DNA of 64,000 bases from Macrostomum hystrix. Lineage: Eukaryota > Animalia > Platyhelminthes. The position numbers and the translations under genes were made by a program. The notes under the pieces are model-generated. The model was given only the letters and a program-made list of their open reading frames with translations, was not told the origin of the DNA and did not search any database. The stretch is from the NCBI GenBank assembly GCA_950097015.1, contig CATNEN010000014.1, positions 1,178,001-1,242,000 of the forward strand, written 5' to 3'. How positions within the stretch are numbered: position 1 is the stretch's first letter; every line of letters begins with the position of its first letter. Below, one piece after another: positions 1-12,605 of the stretch.

Positions 1-876
1 TGTAATCGTAAGGCACTTGTAATCAATATCTGCTGTACGTAAAAACTACTTACTTTTTTAAAGAGCCATATAAAATGAAATCAGCTTTTCTGAACTTCCC
101 TTAATTATCGTGTAGATAAAGTTTCTGTCACCAAGTCGCCGAAAGTTTCTTGGAAATTGATATAACGTGACGCACCGATTTAACTAAATGCCTTAAAACC
201 GTCATCCATTTAGTGCAAATTATTCATAGGTCTAGAGAAACAGTTACGTATGCATTATATTTAAAGCATAAAGCTAGTTTGCTCGTTTGTTAAAAAGTAG
301 TAATTATATTCATAAGAGATAGCTATTATAGTTAGATATCTAGATATAGTCAAAATCCTAAGATTCCTAGCCCTACTTTCTTATGCCAATTTGTTAGACA
401 GCTAAATGTACCTATAAGCTATTTTGCTACATTTTAATAATATTCAATGTTTTTTACTTACCCAGTTAAAATAATTGACTATGAATTGAATTTGCTTAGT
501 CTCTTAAAGCTCTGTATATTTTTTACTTGTAGGCTGTAGAAGCTCTAAGCTATATACCATAACAGTATAATGTATAATAAATAGCAAGAAAAAACTGTTT
601 CATAATTTAATTAGCCTAATAAAAAACGGTCTAGTAATTGTCAGTTTATTTATTTCCAATAAAAACAGAAGTACAAGTTGAACTGCTGCACAATACTTAT
701 TATTATATAACTTGCATGTTGCAACTCAAGGATAGTAAATGTGAATAAAGTGTAGCTAGAAAACTAAATTTAAATATTTAGCATCATAACATTTTTGCTA
801 TTGCTTTTACTATTGAAAATAAGTATTCTCATTTTAGTAAGAATTTTTGTTTCATGTAATTTTCATTTGTAAAGAA

Positions 877-3185
877 ATGGCAGTCTCAGAAGAGGAGCTC
901 TCAGAAATCTTCACAGAGCTATGGGATGTGGATGATAATCGCTGCTTGCATGGCAAAGACTATGAGCTCAACCTTCAGGGTGAGTTGTTAATCCCAAAGA
1001 TAAGTTACAGGCATATCTTGGTTTTAAGACCATTACACATTCTAATAGCAGCCACACCAACCAACAATATAATGTCAAATTTCAATAGATCAAAAAGCAT
1101 GAATCTATGAAATTCATGCATCTATGAAATCTATGGGAATATCACATGAAGTCTATGGGAATCTGCATATGAAGTCTATGGGAATATGCACATGAAGTCT
1201 ATGGGAATATGCACATGAAGTCTATGGGAATCTACATATGAAGTCTATGGGAATCTGCATATGAAGTCTATGGGAATCTGCATATGAAGTCTATGGGAAT
1301 CTGCATATGAAATCTATGGGAATCTGCATACGAAGTCTATGGGAATCTGCATGACAAATCTCAGAATCTGCTACTGAAAAATGTTGCACTGTTTTGATCC
1401 ACTTGCCCAGCCTCTCTGCGCTACTCCGATGGCGATGCTGACAGATCTGCTGAGCCGCTGTTTCTCCAGCTTGACGAGGAGCAGATTTTATCTCGGCCTA
1501 CTTACCGGGGTGAGTTGGCCATGAGCTTCTGAATGGCGTCCTAACTTTAATTATGAGTATGCTGAATGGAATATTCAGGTTTCTGACCGATGGACTCCAA
1601 TGGATTCCGATCTAGCAAAGCTAGGCTTATCAGAATTACGGGGTTTTCAGGATTTGGGGTTGGCATTCAAAATTCTTCCGTTAGACTTCTGGGATTTTTA
1701 GTAAAAAAATAGAGTTCTTTGTGTGGATTTAGGAGATTTTCAGTTAGGAATTCGGAGACTTTCGGTTTGGAATTCGGAGACTTTCGGTTTGGAATTCGGA
1801 GACTTTCAGTTTGGAATTCGGAGACTTTCAGTTTGGAATTCGGAGACTTTCGGTTTGGAATTCGGAGACTTTCGGTTTGGAATTCGGAGACTTTCGGTTT
1901 GGAATTCGGAGACTTTCGGTTTGGAATTCGGAGACTTTCAGTTTGGAATTCGGAGACTTTCGGTTTGGAATTCGGAGACTTTCGGTTTGGAATTCGGAGA
2001 CTTTCAATTTGGAATTCGCAGACTTTCGGTTTGGAATTCGGAGACTTTCAGTTTGGAATTCGGAGACTTTCAGTTTGGAATTCGGAGACTTTCGGTTTGG
2101 AATTCGGAGACTTTCGGTTTGGAATTCGGAGACTTTCAATTTGGAATTCGCAGACTTTCGGTTTGGAATTCGGAGACTTTCAGTTTGGAATTCGGAGACT
2201 TTCAGTTTGGAATTCGGAGACTTTCGGTTTGGAATTCGGAGACTTTCGGTTTGGAATTCGGAGACTTTCAGCTTGGAATTCGGAGACTTTCATTTCGGAA
2301 TTCGGAGACTTTCGGTTTGGAATTCGGAGACTTTCAGTTTCTCCTTTTGAATCGCAGGTTTTGCTTTCTTTGCGAACCCCGCCCTTCTCCAGCCTTCGTC
2401 GCCCTGCTAGACAACTACGAACTGGCTGTCGGCGTGTCCGAGACCGTCACATCCGAGGAGCTGAGCGAGAACTTCGCTTTCATCCGGGCCTGCCTGCCCA
2501 CCCGGCCGATGCGGGCGGCGCACCGCTTCCTGGCGCGCCTCGGCCTGGCCGCCCCGGGCGTCCGCGAGTTCGCCGCCGAGCTGGACAACATCTGGTTTCG
2601 CATGTACAAGCGGGTGCGGGGCGGCCCGCGGAATATCCAGGTGAGAATTCGCACCTTCATTGTAGAAAAAAGCAACAGGTCAGGCCAGAAGACCGCCGGC
2701 AGTTCGGCGTCGTGTACAGTTTTGCCTGTCATCCTCGGGTTTCTGCTCAGGACTCCAGCGCCTTCGAGCACGTTTTCGTAGGCGAGACCCGCGCCGATCC
2801 TGACGACCCGGCCTCGGAGGCTTCAGTGATGGGCGCGCACAACTGGCTGCAGCTCTACCTGCTGGAGCGGGCGGGCCGGCTGAACTACTTCGGCTACTAC
2901 CGCCGGGGCACCGCCGCACCCGGCCCGGACGGCCTGCCAGGCCTGGCCGCGCTCAAATTCAGCCTGGACGACGGGCCGGCCAAGTCGCGCGGCGGCGGCT
3001 TCCTGGGCGTCAGTCCCGAGTTCGAACTCGCCCTGTACACAGTAGCCCACTTGCTCAGCTCCAACGGATTGGCTGGTCGGGGCGGCCCGATGGTGGCGCA
3101 GGTTGGGCCCCATCGACTGCGCATCTACTGCCGCACCATCGGCCAGGGCCGCCTCGCCACCTGCTACCCGGAGCTCGCTGACTGA
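877..3185 (+). CDS. ENDOU: Poly(U)-specific endoribonuclease (EndoU/XendoU family), 4 exons
   Basis: Exons 877-979, 1411-1509, 2393-2640, 2751-3185 join in frame across GT-AG introns. Motifs ELWDVDDNR..GKDYELNLQG, RPTYRAFVALLDNYE, SSAFEHVFVGE and GAHNWLQ (catalytic His pair), and SPEFELALYT are characteristic of EndoU. Confidence 0.93.
1125..1350. repeat. Intronic minisatellite, ~23-bp unit (GAAGTCTATGGGAATCTGCATAT)
   Basis: About 10 near-identical copies in EndoU intron 1. Confidence 0.9.
1740..2340. repeat. Intronic minisatellite, 22-bp unit (GGAATTCGGAGACTTTCGGTTT)
   Basis: About 27 copies in EndoU intron 2. It explains the repetitive N-termini of ORFs 1719, 1723 and 1811. Confidence 0.95.
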
Positions 3186-3384
3186 TGCGGCTTCTGCTGC
3201 TTGACATTGTCATTACACTTGACAGTGATTGCATGACAGAACATGACTTGAGAAAACCGATTTCTGCCGCTACCACTCAAAAGTAATCCTGTCGCCTTGT
3301 CTTTACCTATCAAAGGTGAAAACGTGCCTGGGTATTTACCCAGAGGTTTTTCGGGGACTTAGCGTTACCCCAAGGGTAATTTTG

Positions 3385-4095
3385 TGGCTGGTGTTACCTA
3401 GCAAGGAGTAATTCTGTGGCTGGTGTTACCTACTAACTACCAAGGGGTAATTCTGTGGCTGGTGTTACCTACTAACTACCAAGGGGTAATTCTGTGGCCT
3501 CTGGCCTGGTGTTACCTACCAAGAGGTAATTCTGTGGCTGGTGTTACCTAGCAAGGAGTAATTCTGTGGCTGGTGTTACCTAGCAAGGAGTAATTCTGTG
3601 GCTGGTGTTACCTACTAACTACCAAGGGGTAATTCTGTGGCTGGTGTTACCTAGCAAGGAGTAATTCTGTGGCTGGTGTTACCTACTAACTACCAAGGGG
3701 TAATTCTGTGGCTGGTGTTACCTAGCAAGGAGTAATTCTGTGGCTGGTGTTACCTAGCAAGGAGTAATTCTGTGGCTGGTTTTACCTAGCAAGGAGTAAT
3801 TCTGTGGCTGGTGTTACCTACCAAGAGGTAATTCTGTGGCTGTTGTTACCTACCAAGGGGTAATTCTGTGGCTGTGTTACCTACCAAGGGGTAATTCTGT
3901 GGCTGTGTTACCTACCAAGGAGTAATTCTGTGGCTGGTGTTACCTACCAAGGGGTAATTCTGTGGCTGTGTTACCTACCAAGGGGTAATTCTGTGGCTGT
4001 GTTACCTACCAAGGAGTAATTCTGTGGCTGGTGTTACCTGCCAAGGAGTAATTCTGTGGCTGGTGTTACCTACCAAGGGGTAATTCTGTGGCTGG
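3385..4095. repeat. Minisatellite, ~31-39-bp unit (GGCTGGTGTTACCTAGCAAGGAGTAATTCTGT variants)
   Basis: About 20 tandem copies downstream of EndoU, with indel variants. Confidence 0.93.
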
Positions 4096-5259
4096 TTTAC
4101 CGCTCAAATAGCATGATTCGATGCCCTGCAGCAAACTTTCAGGTATCAATTTTGTAATTCTTTACACCTGTCTGTAGGATTTGCGGTATCGATAGTCAGT
4201 TCAGAGTGGTTAGTTTTTTCAAGTGCAACTTTTAGTGACGTGTAGGCGCCGATTTAAATTCACATTTTCACATTTTTACTTCTTAAAACCATTTTGAGCA
4301 GGATTTTTTCGCCTGGCAAATAAAAGTTTATTTCTTGCAATCCATTTACTTAGCTGCTCATACTTCGAGCAAGGAACACTAGAAGTAGCACTAAAATTGG
4401 TCTTTTTCTAGGAGTCCTTGGTTACTAAGTACGAGCCGCAGCAGCTGCTTCGCTTTTGGCTGCGACTCGCTTTCTAAATTGCCCCCTTTTTCACTTTTAT
4501 ATGGCTGTTTGGGTGTTTGCTTTTTTAACTTTTTTTCTGACATTATTTTTTCTAATTGTTACAGTGCTTTTGTTATAATGGTGTCGCTGTTTACAAAATA
4601 GGATATTGTGGATTGTGTTTAAATTTCAATTTATTATTGCTGCTTTCCGCTTAGTGCAAAATAAACTTTACAGGATAGCCGTTTGAAGTACTTTTTGCTG
4701 CTTTGGGCCTTTGTAACTGGTCCGGCATTTCTCGCATTGATCATAAAGCATGCTTCTCTTTTACTGACTCAACTGGCTTCGTTTCTGTATTTCCTGTGTT
4801 TTGCCCAACATTATGGCGAAGGTCGCTGATCGCAGTAAGTCAGTTTTATTCAGCAGAACTAATTGATTGATTACTAAATTTGGCCCACTTTCACGCGTGT
4901 GTACATCTGCCTGATTTCTCATTGTCGCCGTCTGTAAAGTTCATGTGTGTATTATTGGGAGAACCGATAATTATTCATTTTAGGGAGAAAGAGTTCCGGG
5001 CTCATTGGGATTCTGGAAGGGGACCTACTCGACGCTTCTTTAAAATGACACATGGCTTTGTGGACCCTTTATTTTGCAGCTGTTGCTCCTGTGTTTGCTT
5101 GGTGGGGTTGAGATCGGGGGGAGATTATGTAGAGAGAGCTTTGATCCAGGAAGGAGCTGCAGCAGCACAAGTTACCCGCTATGTGTGCTCTAAAAAGCCT
5201 GACCAAAACTCTGCGTGACTATGATTCTGTCTTGGGGGTGGGAAAAATGACTCAGAACA

Positions 5260-7046
5260 CTTATTCTCAAATTACTCAGCAGACATTGCAGATCCGTCAC
5301 CAGCAACAGAAACGGCAGAATCACTCGGGTCAGCTGCAGCCGCAGTGACATCAGCACCAGAGTAGGCAGCAGCAGTTGCAGCAGCAGTTGTAGCACCAGA
5401 GTAAGCAGCAGCAGTGGTAGCACCAGAGTAGGCAGCAGCAGTTGTAGCACCAGAGTAGGCAGCAGCAGTTGTAGCACCAGAGTAGGCAGCAGCAGTTGTA
5501 GCACCAGAGTAGGCAGCAGCAGTTGTAGCACCAGAGTAGGCAGCAGCAGTTGTAGCACCAGAGTAAGCAGCAGCAGTGGTAGCACCAGAGTAGGCAGCAG
5601 CAGTTGTAGCACCAGAGTAGGCAGCAGCAGTTGTAGCACCAGAGTAGGCAGCAGCAGTTGTAGCACCAGAGTAGGCAGCAGCAGTTGTAGCACCAGAGTA
5701 GGCAGCAGCAGTTGTAGCACCAGAGTAAGCAGCAGCAGTGGTAGCACCAGAGTAGGCAGCAGCAGTTGTAGCACCAGAGTAGGCAGCAGCAGTTGTAGCA
5801 CCAGAGTAAGCAGCAGCAGTGGTAGCACCAGAGTAGGCAGCAGCAGTTGTAGCACCAGAGTAGGCAACAGCAGTGGTAGCACCAGAGTAGGCAGCAGCAG
5901 TGGTATAGCACCAGAGTAGGCAGCAGCAGTTGCAGCACCAGAGTAGGCAGCAGCAGTTGCAGCACCAGAGTAGGCAGCAGCAGTTGTAGCACCAGAGTAG
6001 GCAGCAGCAGTTGTAGCACCAGAGTAGGCAGCAGCAGTTGTAGCACCAGAGTAGGCAGCAGCATCAGCCGTTGAAGACAATGACGGCATTGGGATTAGTC
6101 CAATCGACTTTCCCATGCTGGACATGATTAACCTGACCTAAGACGTTCTGGTTCAACATAGCATCTAGTGCAGACGCAGTCTTTGTTTTATCGGAGGTTC
6201 AGGCTTATGCCAATCTTCCGCATCGCGTCGCCAAGGACATTCTTCAAAAATCTTCCTAGAATTCTCAGCAGAAATGTGGCCGAAACAGCACAATAGCGGA
6301 GCCGTGGTAGGTCAGTCAACAAAGCAAAAATGTTATGCCGGGACTGAACATGATAGTAAGTAGCTTCGAACAGCTCCGCAACGCTAGTTACTGTGAGCTG
6401 ATGCTCACGCAAAAGGCGATTGTAGACTTGGCCGAGAAAGAACGAAGTCACCCCTCATTCTCCGATTATAAAGCTGATCCTGACTGACCAGCCGGCCATG
6501 CAGCTCTGCGATGCGTTGATCCGTAGGTTTGCTGATGATTATTTCCCTGTAGATTTCCTCCAGCTGACCTGCATCCAGCACTTCTTGCTCGTCGTCAGCG
6601 TATAGAAGCGAATTCCGGACATTGTTAAATATGTCGTGCGCCTTCACCTTCCTTTTTAGCTCTTTTCTTCGCTACAGCGTAGACGCCTCTCTTCTTCCTC
6701 AGACAACCTCTCCCACAATTCAGCTACTCTAGCTTTCACTTTGTTCCTGCACTCGTCTACAACGAATTCTTCGATTGACTCGACGAAGTCGTTCAAGTCC
6801 TTGTGTGTCACTCTAACGGTATCAGCTTGAAACATTACAGAGATTTTTTTGTGCAAAGAAAGAATAAACTCGAGACTAAAGGCTTGTAAAATAAGACCAC
6901 GCAGCATATTTGCGAAATTACTTACTGAAATTAAAATTAAAATTGGTGAAAAACTTGCTTGGCGACCGAAAAGCACAGCAGAAGCGGCAGAGGCAACTTC
7001 CAATGCACAGCAGTGGGGTGCAGAACAGTTGGGTGTGTCCCTTCTC
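5260..7046 (-). pseudogene. Frameshifted coding-like region of unknown family
   Basis: Consecutive overlapping minus-strand ORFs (6656-7048, 6405-6647, 6188-6451, 5190-6125) have protein-like composition and are linked by apparent frameshifts. No family recognised. Confidence 0.4.
5355..6060. repeat. 27-bp tandem repeat (GCAGCAGCAGTTGTAGCACCAGAGTAG)
   Basis: About 26 copies. The minus strand reads AAAYSGATT repeats, with a frame-shifting irregularity near 5900. Confidence 0.92.
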
Positions 7047-7058
7047 ACTCTAACCTGT

Positions 7059-8728
7059 TGACTTTGACTTACTTGACTTATCTGCAGGGCGGTCCGATGG
7101 ACACAGCGGGGAGGCGGGGGTCGCCCATTCCCCTAATCCCTGAAAGACCCGCAATCGGCCAATGGCGCGGGGCCAGTCAGGGAGGTCCGTGGCCGGTCCT
7201 TCCTGCAGCTTGCTCTTCACTAGGGAAGAAAGATGCTCGTCTGGTAGACCTTAGGAACCGGACGAGCCGCGGGATGTTCTCGGATCTGCAAACGTCGTCC
7301 ATGGATGGGTTTGGTCCGAGGTGATTTAGCCTCTCTTTGGTGAAGAAAGGGCATTGGCAGACGAAGTGCAGGGCATCCTCGTTTTCAAGGTTGCAGAACG
7401 GGCACAGCTCGCTCCGGAGGTCTCCTCGGAGGAAACAGTGTCTGGCGTAGCAACCATGGCCCGTGAGGGTCATGGTGAGGGCCCGGATGTCCTTCCGGGT
7501 CTGGTTTAGGAGGACCTTCCGGAGCCGAGTGGATGGCACTGAGACTGCCGCTTTGGATTGGCGGCAATTAATGGTGCTTCTCCACCGGGCAAGATGAAGG
7601 TTGGCGGCCCAGTCATCAATCTGACGATAGATGACGGTGTTCGGAATTGGAACCGGGGGCAGGGGCCCGGCGCAGAGCTAGCGCCTCCCTGCTTGGCCAG
7701 GGAGTCAGCAAGCTCGTTTCCAGGAAAACCGGCATGCCCTGGTATCCACTGGAGTCTGACGGTATTCTTACCGGCCAGGTTGTTAAGCTGCCGGACACAG
7801 TCAGAGACTGTCCGGGAGGTCGTGGTGGTGTGACAGAGGGCTTGCAGAGCAGCCTGACTGTCCGAGTGAAAGATGATAGTCCTGCCTGAGATGTTTTTCT
7901 CGTTCAGCTCCGCAGCGCAGGAGCTGATGGCCAGGACCTCGTTCTGGAAACGCTCGAGGAATTTCCAGTGTGTTGGGCGTGTGTGGCGACAACACGTCCG
8001 TTGACAAGGATACAGATCCCGAAGCCAGTGGAGCCATCCTTCATGGATCCGTCCGTGTAGCAGTGGACCTCCTGGGTGTTCCAGTGGTCGCTAGCTTGAT
8101 CCCTGGTGGGGATGAGAACCTTAAAGCACTGAAGGAGGTTGAGCGTGCGCAGTTCTCCGTCCGTAAGGACGTTGATTCCGTTGCTCACGTTCAAATCTCT
8201 CAGGCAAAGGTCCGTGTGCGGCAGGAGCTTTCGTTTTGCTGCCGCTCGATGGAGTCCAGCTGAGCCTGTGATCGAGCGTTATGCCCCAGGCATTTAGTTT
8301 GCTTCTGGAAGGTGATGTCCTTTCCATACAGCTGGAGGGGGCGAATATGCCATTTGTTTTTGCTGGTGAACATGATCGCCGCTGTCTTAGTCTCGGAGAG
8401 CTTCAGACAACAGCGAGTTGCCCATCTTTCAGCGTTGTTAATAAAGTTTTGCAGAAGGTCTCGGAGGGTCTCCGGTGAAGGGCCGGATGCCACTGCCGTA
8501 ACATCATCCGCGTAGCCGACCTTTAGGATGATGTCCGGCTGAGAGTCCCGAAGGAGTTCGTCGATAACCAAGTGTTATATTCCAGAGAATTGGTGAGATG
8601 ACTCCGCCTTGTGGGCTACCTTTGCAGACAGTGATCGTCCGCTGGTGTCCAAGAAGGTGCGCCGTGGCAGTGCGGTGGCGGACCATGTACATGATCCACC
8701 TCCTAAGATTCGAATGCGTGTGCCGCAT
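7059..8728 (-). mobile_element. 5'-truncated, frameshifted non-LTR retrotransposon (RT + RNase H + C-terminal Zn knuckle; I/R1-LOA type architecture)
   Basis: Motifs GSPQGGVISPILWNI, VGYADD, RNase H HCYTDGS, and LTGHG..CPFC..EDALHFVCQCP. Flanked by a perfect 12-bp direct repeat ACTCTAACCTGT at 7047-7058 and 8729-8740. The 3' tail is short AAGTC-type repeats. Confidence 0.9.
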
Positions 8729-9089
8729 ACTCTAACCTGTACTCAGTCGAAATCTTCCAGGAATTGTTTTAACAGTAGTTACAATTGCTTGATGATTTCT
8801 GCAAAGTTATAGTAGCTGTCGTAATCTTTTATGGCCACTCCCTACTTATACAACCAGTGACTTTGGAGCGCTAGATTAATATTACGAACATTTATTGTGT
8901 TGTCGGCCAAGTATTTCTTCATGTACTCGCTGCATTCTAGTTTGCATTGGTACTTATTATTGTAATTGAGCTCACGCGCTTTGTAATAAGATCCTGGAGA
9001 GACGATTGGAAACATTGTTATTGAGAATATTATTTTTAGAAGGATAATGTATAATGACGACTGCGTAAATTTTTGTCCCAGATAGCAGC

Positions 9090-9410
9090 CGCAGATACTA
9101 CTCCTGTCCGTAGATAATGTGCTCATTTGCTATACCATCTAAAATTCCTGCAGCCTTTCTTATATTGATCTTTTTAATTGCTCTATCTACTTCCGCACAG
9201 CCAATTAAATCTTCGGGGACTGCCTGCTTCACCTGTGCGATGCGGCTGGGCACCCGAAAAAGAATGTGCGTTCAAAACTTTGTTTAGGTTGTCCGCGATG
9301 TCAGCGATTCGGACTTGAGATCTGTTAAGTCGCTTGCTTGTGAACAGCAACTCTTCTGCTCTTCTAAGGCCGGACCAGAATCCCTTTGAGGTTCCAGAAG
9401 CCGCCATTTT
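9090..9410 (-). mobile_element. Decayed LINE ORF2 fragment (pre-RT region)
   Basis: One minus frame reads EVDRAIKKINIRKAAGILDGIANEHIIYG, matching the EV..AI..L...KA.G.DGI..EH motif that precedes non-LTR RT domains. Stops and frameshifts surround it. Confidence 0.6.
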
Positions 9411-11949
9411 ATGAATGCAGTCATTTAGGTCCGTTTGCTTAAGTTTCTGGAGTTGTTGTATTATATTCTGATACTAGGCAGGCAAAGCGTGCGGCTTTAA
9501 CCGCCTTTAATGTTTGAGAAATCCGCCTCGCTGTCTTTTCATTACCCGTCACTCCCTGCTCACCTAGCTGTACAGCTGAGTTTGCGTTACCTTGCGTGTT
9601 TTACGTACTGAGCGCATGTACTTTCACCAACACCCCTAATTCCCGGGCACTAGCCTACCACGTAGCATTATATGGCACCTCTCTCAGCGTGAGATGGTGT
9701 CGCTGCTGCTCAATTGTCAATTTTTTTTCTTCTTTTTGCATTTTACCTCCGGTCGTTTTGTTTCTTCATCCAAAAATACACACTAAACGGCAATGCTTAA
9801 TCGCTTTAGGGCCTGCGTCGCCAAGTTCGTACCGCCATTTTACTCGCCTCTGCCTCACTGATCTGAACATTAAAAGCGCATTATCAGTTTGTTTACGTAT
9901 TTTTTCCTGGCCAGGACTTAAAGGACATGCTCAAGTTTCTTAATGTCTCATCTCGATTTGCCCAAAACTTGTTCGGAATGATTGTCTTTACGCAGCTTTC
10001 TGCCGCTGAGTCTCATCCCTCCATCCCTTGCATCAATAGATAGCAGCTCTCTAATGATTTCTTGGCTTTGCAGCAATATTTCCGTTGCTTTGGACATAGA
10101 CGAAATCCCCCGGCAGCGGGCACAAATCGACTTTCCGTGCCCGCTGTTTTAGTCTATGAGCCTTTCCAATCCTGAAACTATATACATCGGGTTTCAAATT
10201 GCATGAATTTTATATATATTGACGATTGACTATTCCACTGGTTGAATCGCTACAACTTTTTGTGTAAACATGCCAATAAGTCATGCCAGTGAACTCTATA
10301 GCCTTCTTTGTATCACATTAATAGCTAATTTTATCATCCTGCTGTGTTCCAACTGCGCAATTGGTGAGTACTCACAATCCTTTTAACTATTTTGAGTGTG
10401 CTCAGTTTTAAATGCATTATTTGAAATGACAACACAATTCAAAAGTAATTAGCGAGCATATTTAACAAAATACAAGCTGGAAAGCTACAAAAGCAATGAT
10501 TGCCACTGAATTTCTAGCCTTCTCAACTGTTAAAATCTATCAATTAACTTTTTCTACTAAAAGTGAATTGAGTCAACAAGTCAAGTCGTGCGTCAGTGAC
10601 CTATCTAAGATCTACCAACTAGATACATCTGCGTTGCCCTCTTCTCTTGACACTTGTTAAATACAATTTCTTGCGCTAGTGCCACAAGCATTCAAGCAAT
10701 AACTTATTATTTTTTGAACTAGACAAAATGTTCCTGGAAAGTAAAAATCGAATTAGAAACGAAATGCTAAGTCGTAAAAATCGTAAATTAACCAATAAAT
10801 ACTTGGTAATTCTATTTACAAGCTGTATTTGTTGTGGTTCAACTACATGTGCAGGTAGGCCTACAGCTAGGTTGGGTAAGCTGCGTACATGACATGTCAT
10901 TGTCTTGGAAACATCTAGACGCGTCTATTTAAACCATTTTCAATGACATTGGGCAAAGAACAACATTTTATTAGAGTAAAATCGAAAATGCAGCTTCTCT
11001 TAAAAGTACTGCACAGTGTACTGACGCTCCATTAATGTTCACAGGCAGGCATGGATGCTGTTCTTTTGAAGAGGGCTCTAAATGCTATCCAACGACACCA
11101 AACTTGAAAGTGTTTCCGGTCAGCCCTGTTTTCTTCGTGTTTTTTTAGTCATGCGGCTGTATTTGCAGGGTTGTTCCACCGGTCGTTCCAGTCTTTTTTG
11201 CTGACCGTGCCTGCGTGCCTGGGAAAAAGATGACTCTATTAAGCCCTGTCGTTTTCTAGTTGCGTTTATGATCACCACTCAGTCTGTCGAGAACCCAGTT
11301 ATGGGCAATTCGCGCCTTGCTATGTGAATTGCGCTTTCGTTAGCCATCTACGCTCGCGGGTTATTTTTTCCGCTGTTGGGATTTAACTTTTTTGATTCTG
11401 TGGGTTCTATTCATGCTTCATCATTTGTCGCTACTTTGGCGCGAATTTAAATATAACTTGAAATGTCGTTTTTTGGCGTAAGAGCGAGCGTCGCAGTTGG
11501 AAATAGCTAAAGACTAAAGAGTACAGACATTTTAAATTACTAAGACATTTTAATTAGCTGGAGACTGGGGACCCTTTAATAGCCACATTGGACTCGAGAA
11601 TAAGGAACCGGGGCCCTGGCTCTGCCGCTGAGAAGCCGTTAGTTGACATATCAAGAAATCGTGTTTTGGTCATACTCGTACAAAATGTCTTCTAACTTCT
11701 GGGAAACTCGTCTGCACACGAAGTCTAGTTCGTCACAGTGGCTAATATGAAAACCGATCTGAGCTTTGGTCAATAAAGCCTAAAAGCTCTGCTGGTTGGC
11801 GTATTAATTACGAGCCGAAAAAACGTAAAACAAAACCTGTAAACAGAAATATTTAAGGACTATATTTACGTAGCGTCTCTTGGGAGAGCTTGATCTGAAT
11901 ATAGTTTGGCATGCTTTTACAGTAGAAATACCACGCACTGCCTACTACC

Positions 11950-12095
11950 ACGCGATAAACATTTTCCGCCCTTTACGATGAACTTGTTTTCAAAGCCATC
12001 CGATTCAGCATCGTCGAGATTCTTGTCGAAGTCCCAGGTCGGAAGAACAAGTAGCATTGCTCGGTATAATCTACTTTGGCGAATCCATTTTAGTT
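11950..12095 (-). repeat. Unclassified dispersed repeat, copy 1 of 3
   Basis: Shares GA(C/T)TCGCCA..TTATA..CAAT..GGG..TCGACA..ATCTC..ATGCTGA..CG(G/C)A(C/T)GGCTTT..AGT(T/A)CAT(C/T)GTA(A/T)AAGG.CGGAA with ~39470-39630 and ~51810-51970. Confidence 0.65.
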
Positions 12096-12605
12096 AAAAA
12101 TTGAAAAAATACTGTTTAATCAACCCAGAGTAGTTAAAAATGATAGCCGAATTGATTACATGATGAAATTTTGAGAGCAGAAAAATACGCCTAACATTAG
12201 TGCATGGTTCTTGCCAACCTACACCCTGACGAAAACCGTTGAATATCTCGACGATAATTATGCTTTGTGATTTAGAAACTTGTTTATTCGGATAGAGCGG
12301 AAAATTTGAGCACATGTTCTGGATATTAATGGCGATTGGTTGAATATTTTAGGAGATACACAAAGAAGATGTGGATAGTTGAATTACCCAGGCGGTCGTT
12401 CTACTGTTTAGGTACTTCTGTGAATTAGGCGCTTCGTTTCGGAGTGGTTAACGTTATCGTGGAATGCAGATAGATTCAAATAACATTTTTTAACTTATAA
12501 CATTTCCTTTGTTTTTTAGCGCTTACGTTTTTGAAACTTAATTGTCTTTTTGTTCTGATCTACGGCAGCATAGTGATGTTTTCAGCATCGCACTCTGGCA
12601 CAATG

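Noticed and set aside
1719-2350. Long ORFs with EFGDFRFGIRRLSVWNSETF repeats fused to EndoU
   Set aside because: They are read-through of an intronic 22-bp minisatellite; the spliced EndoU model excludes them.
6560-6620. LLYADD as a reverse-transcriptase active site
   Set aside because: No correctly spaced upstream QG..LSP motif or downstream RT motifs in that ORF; likely coincidental.
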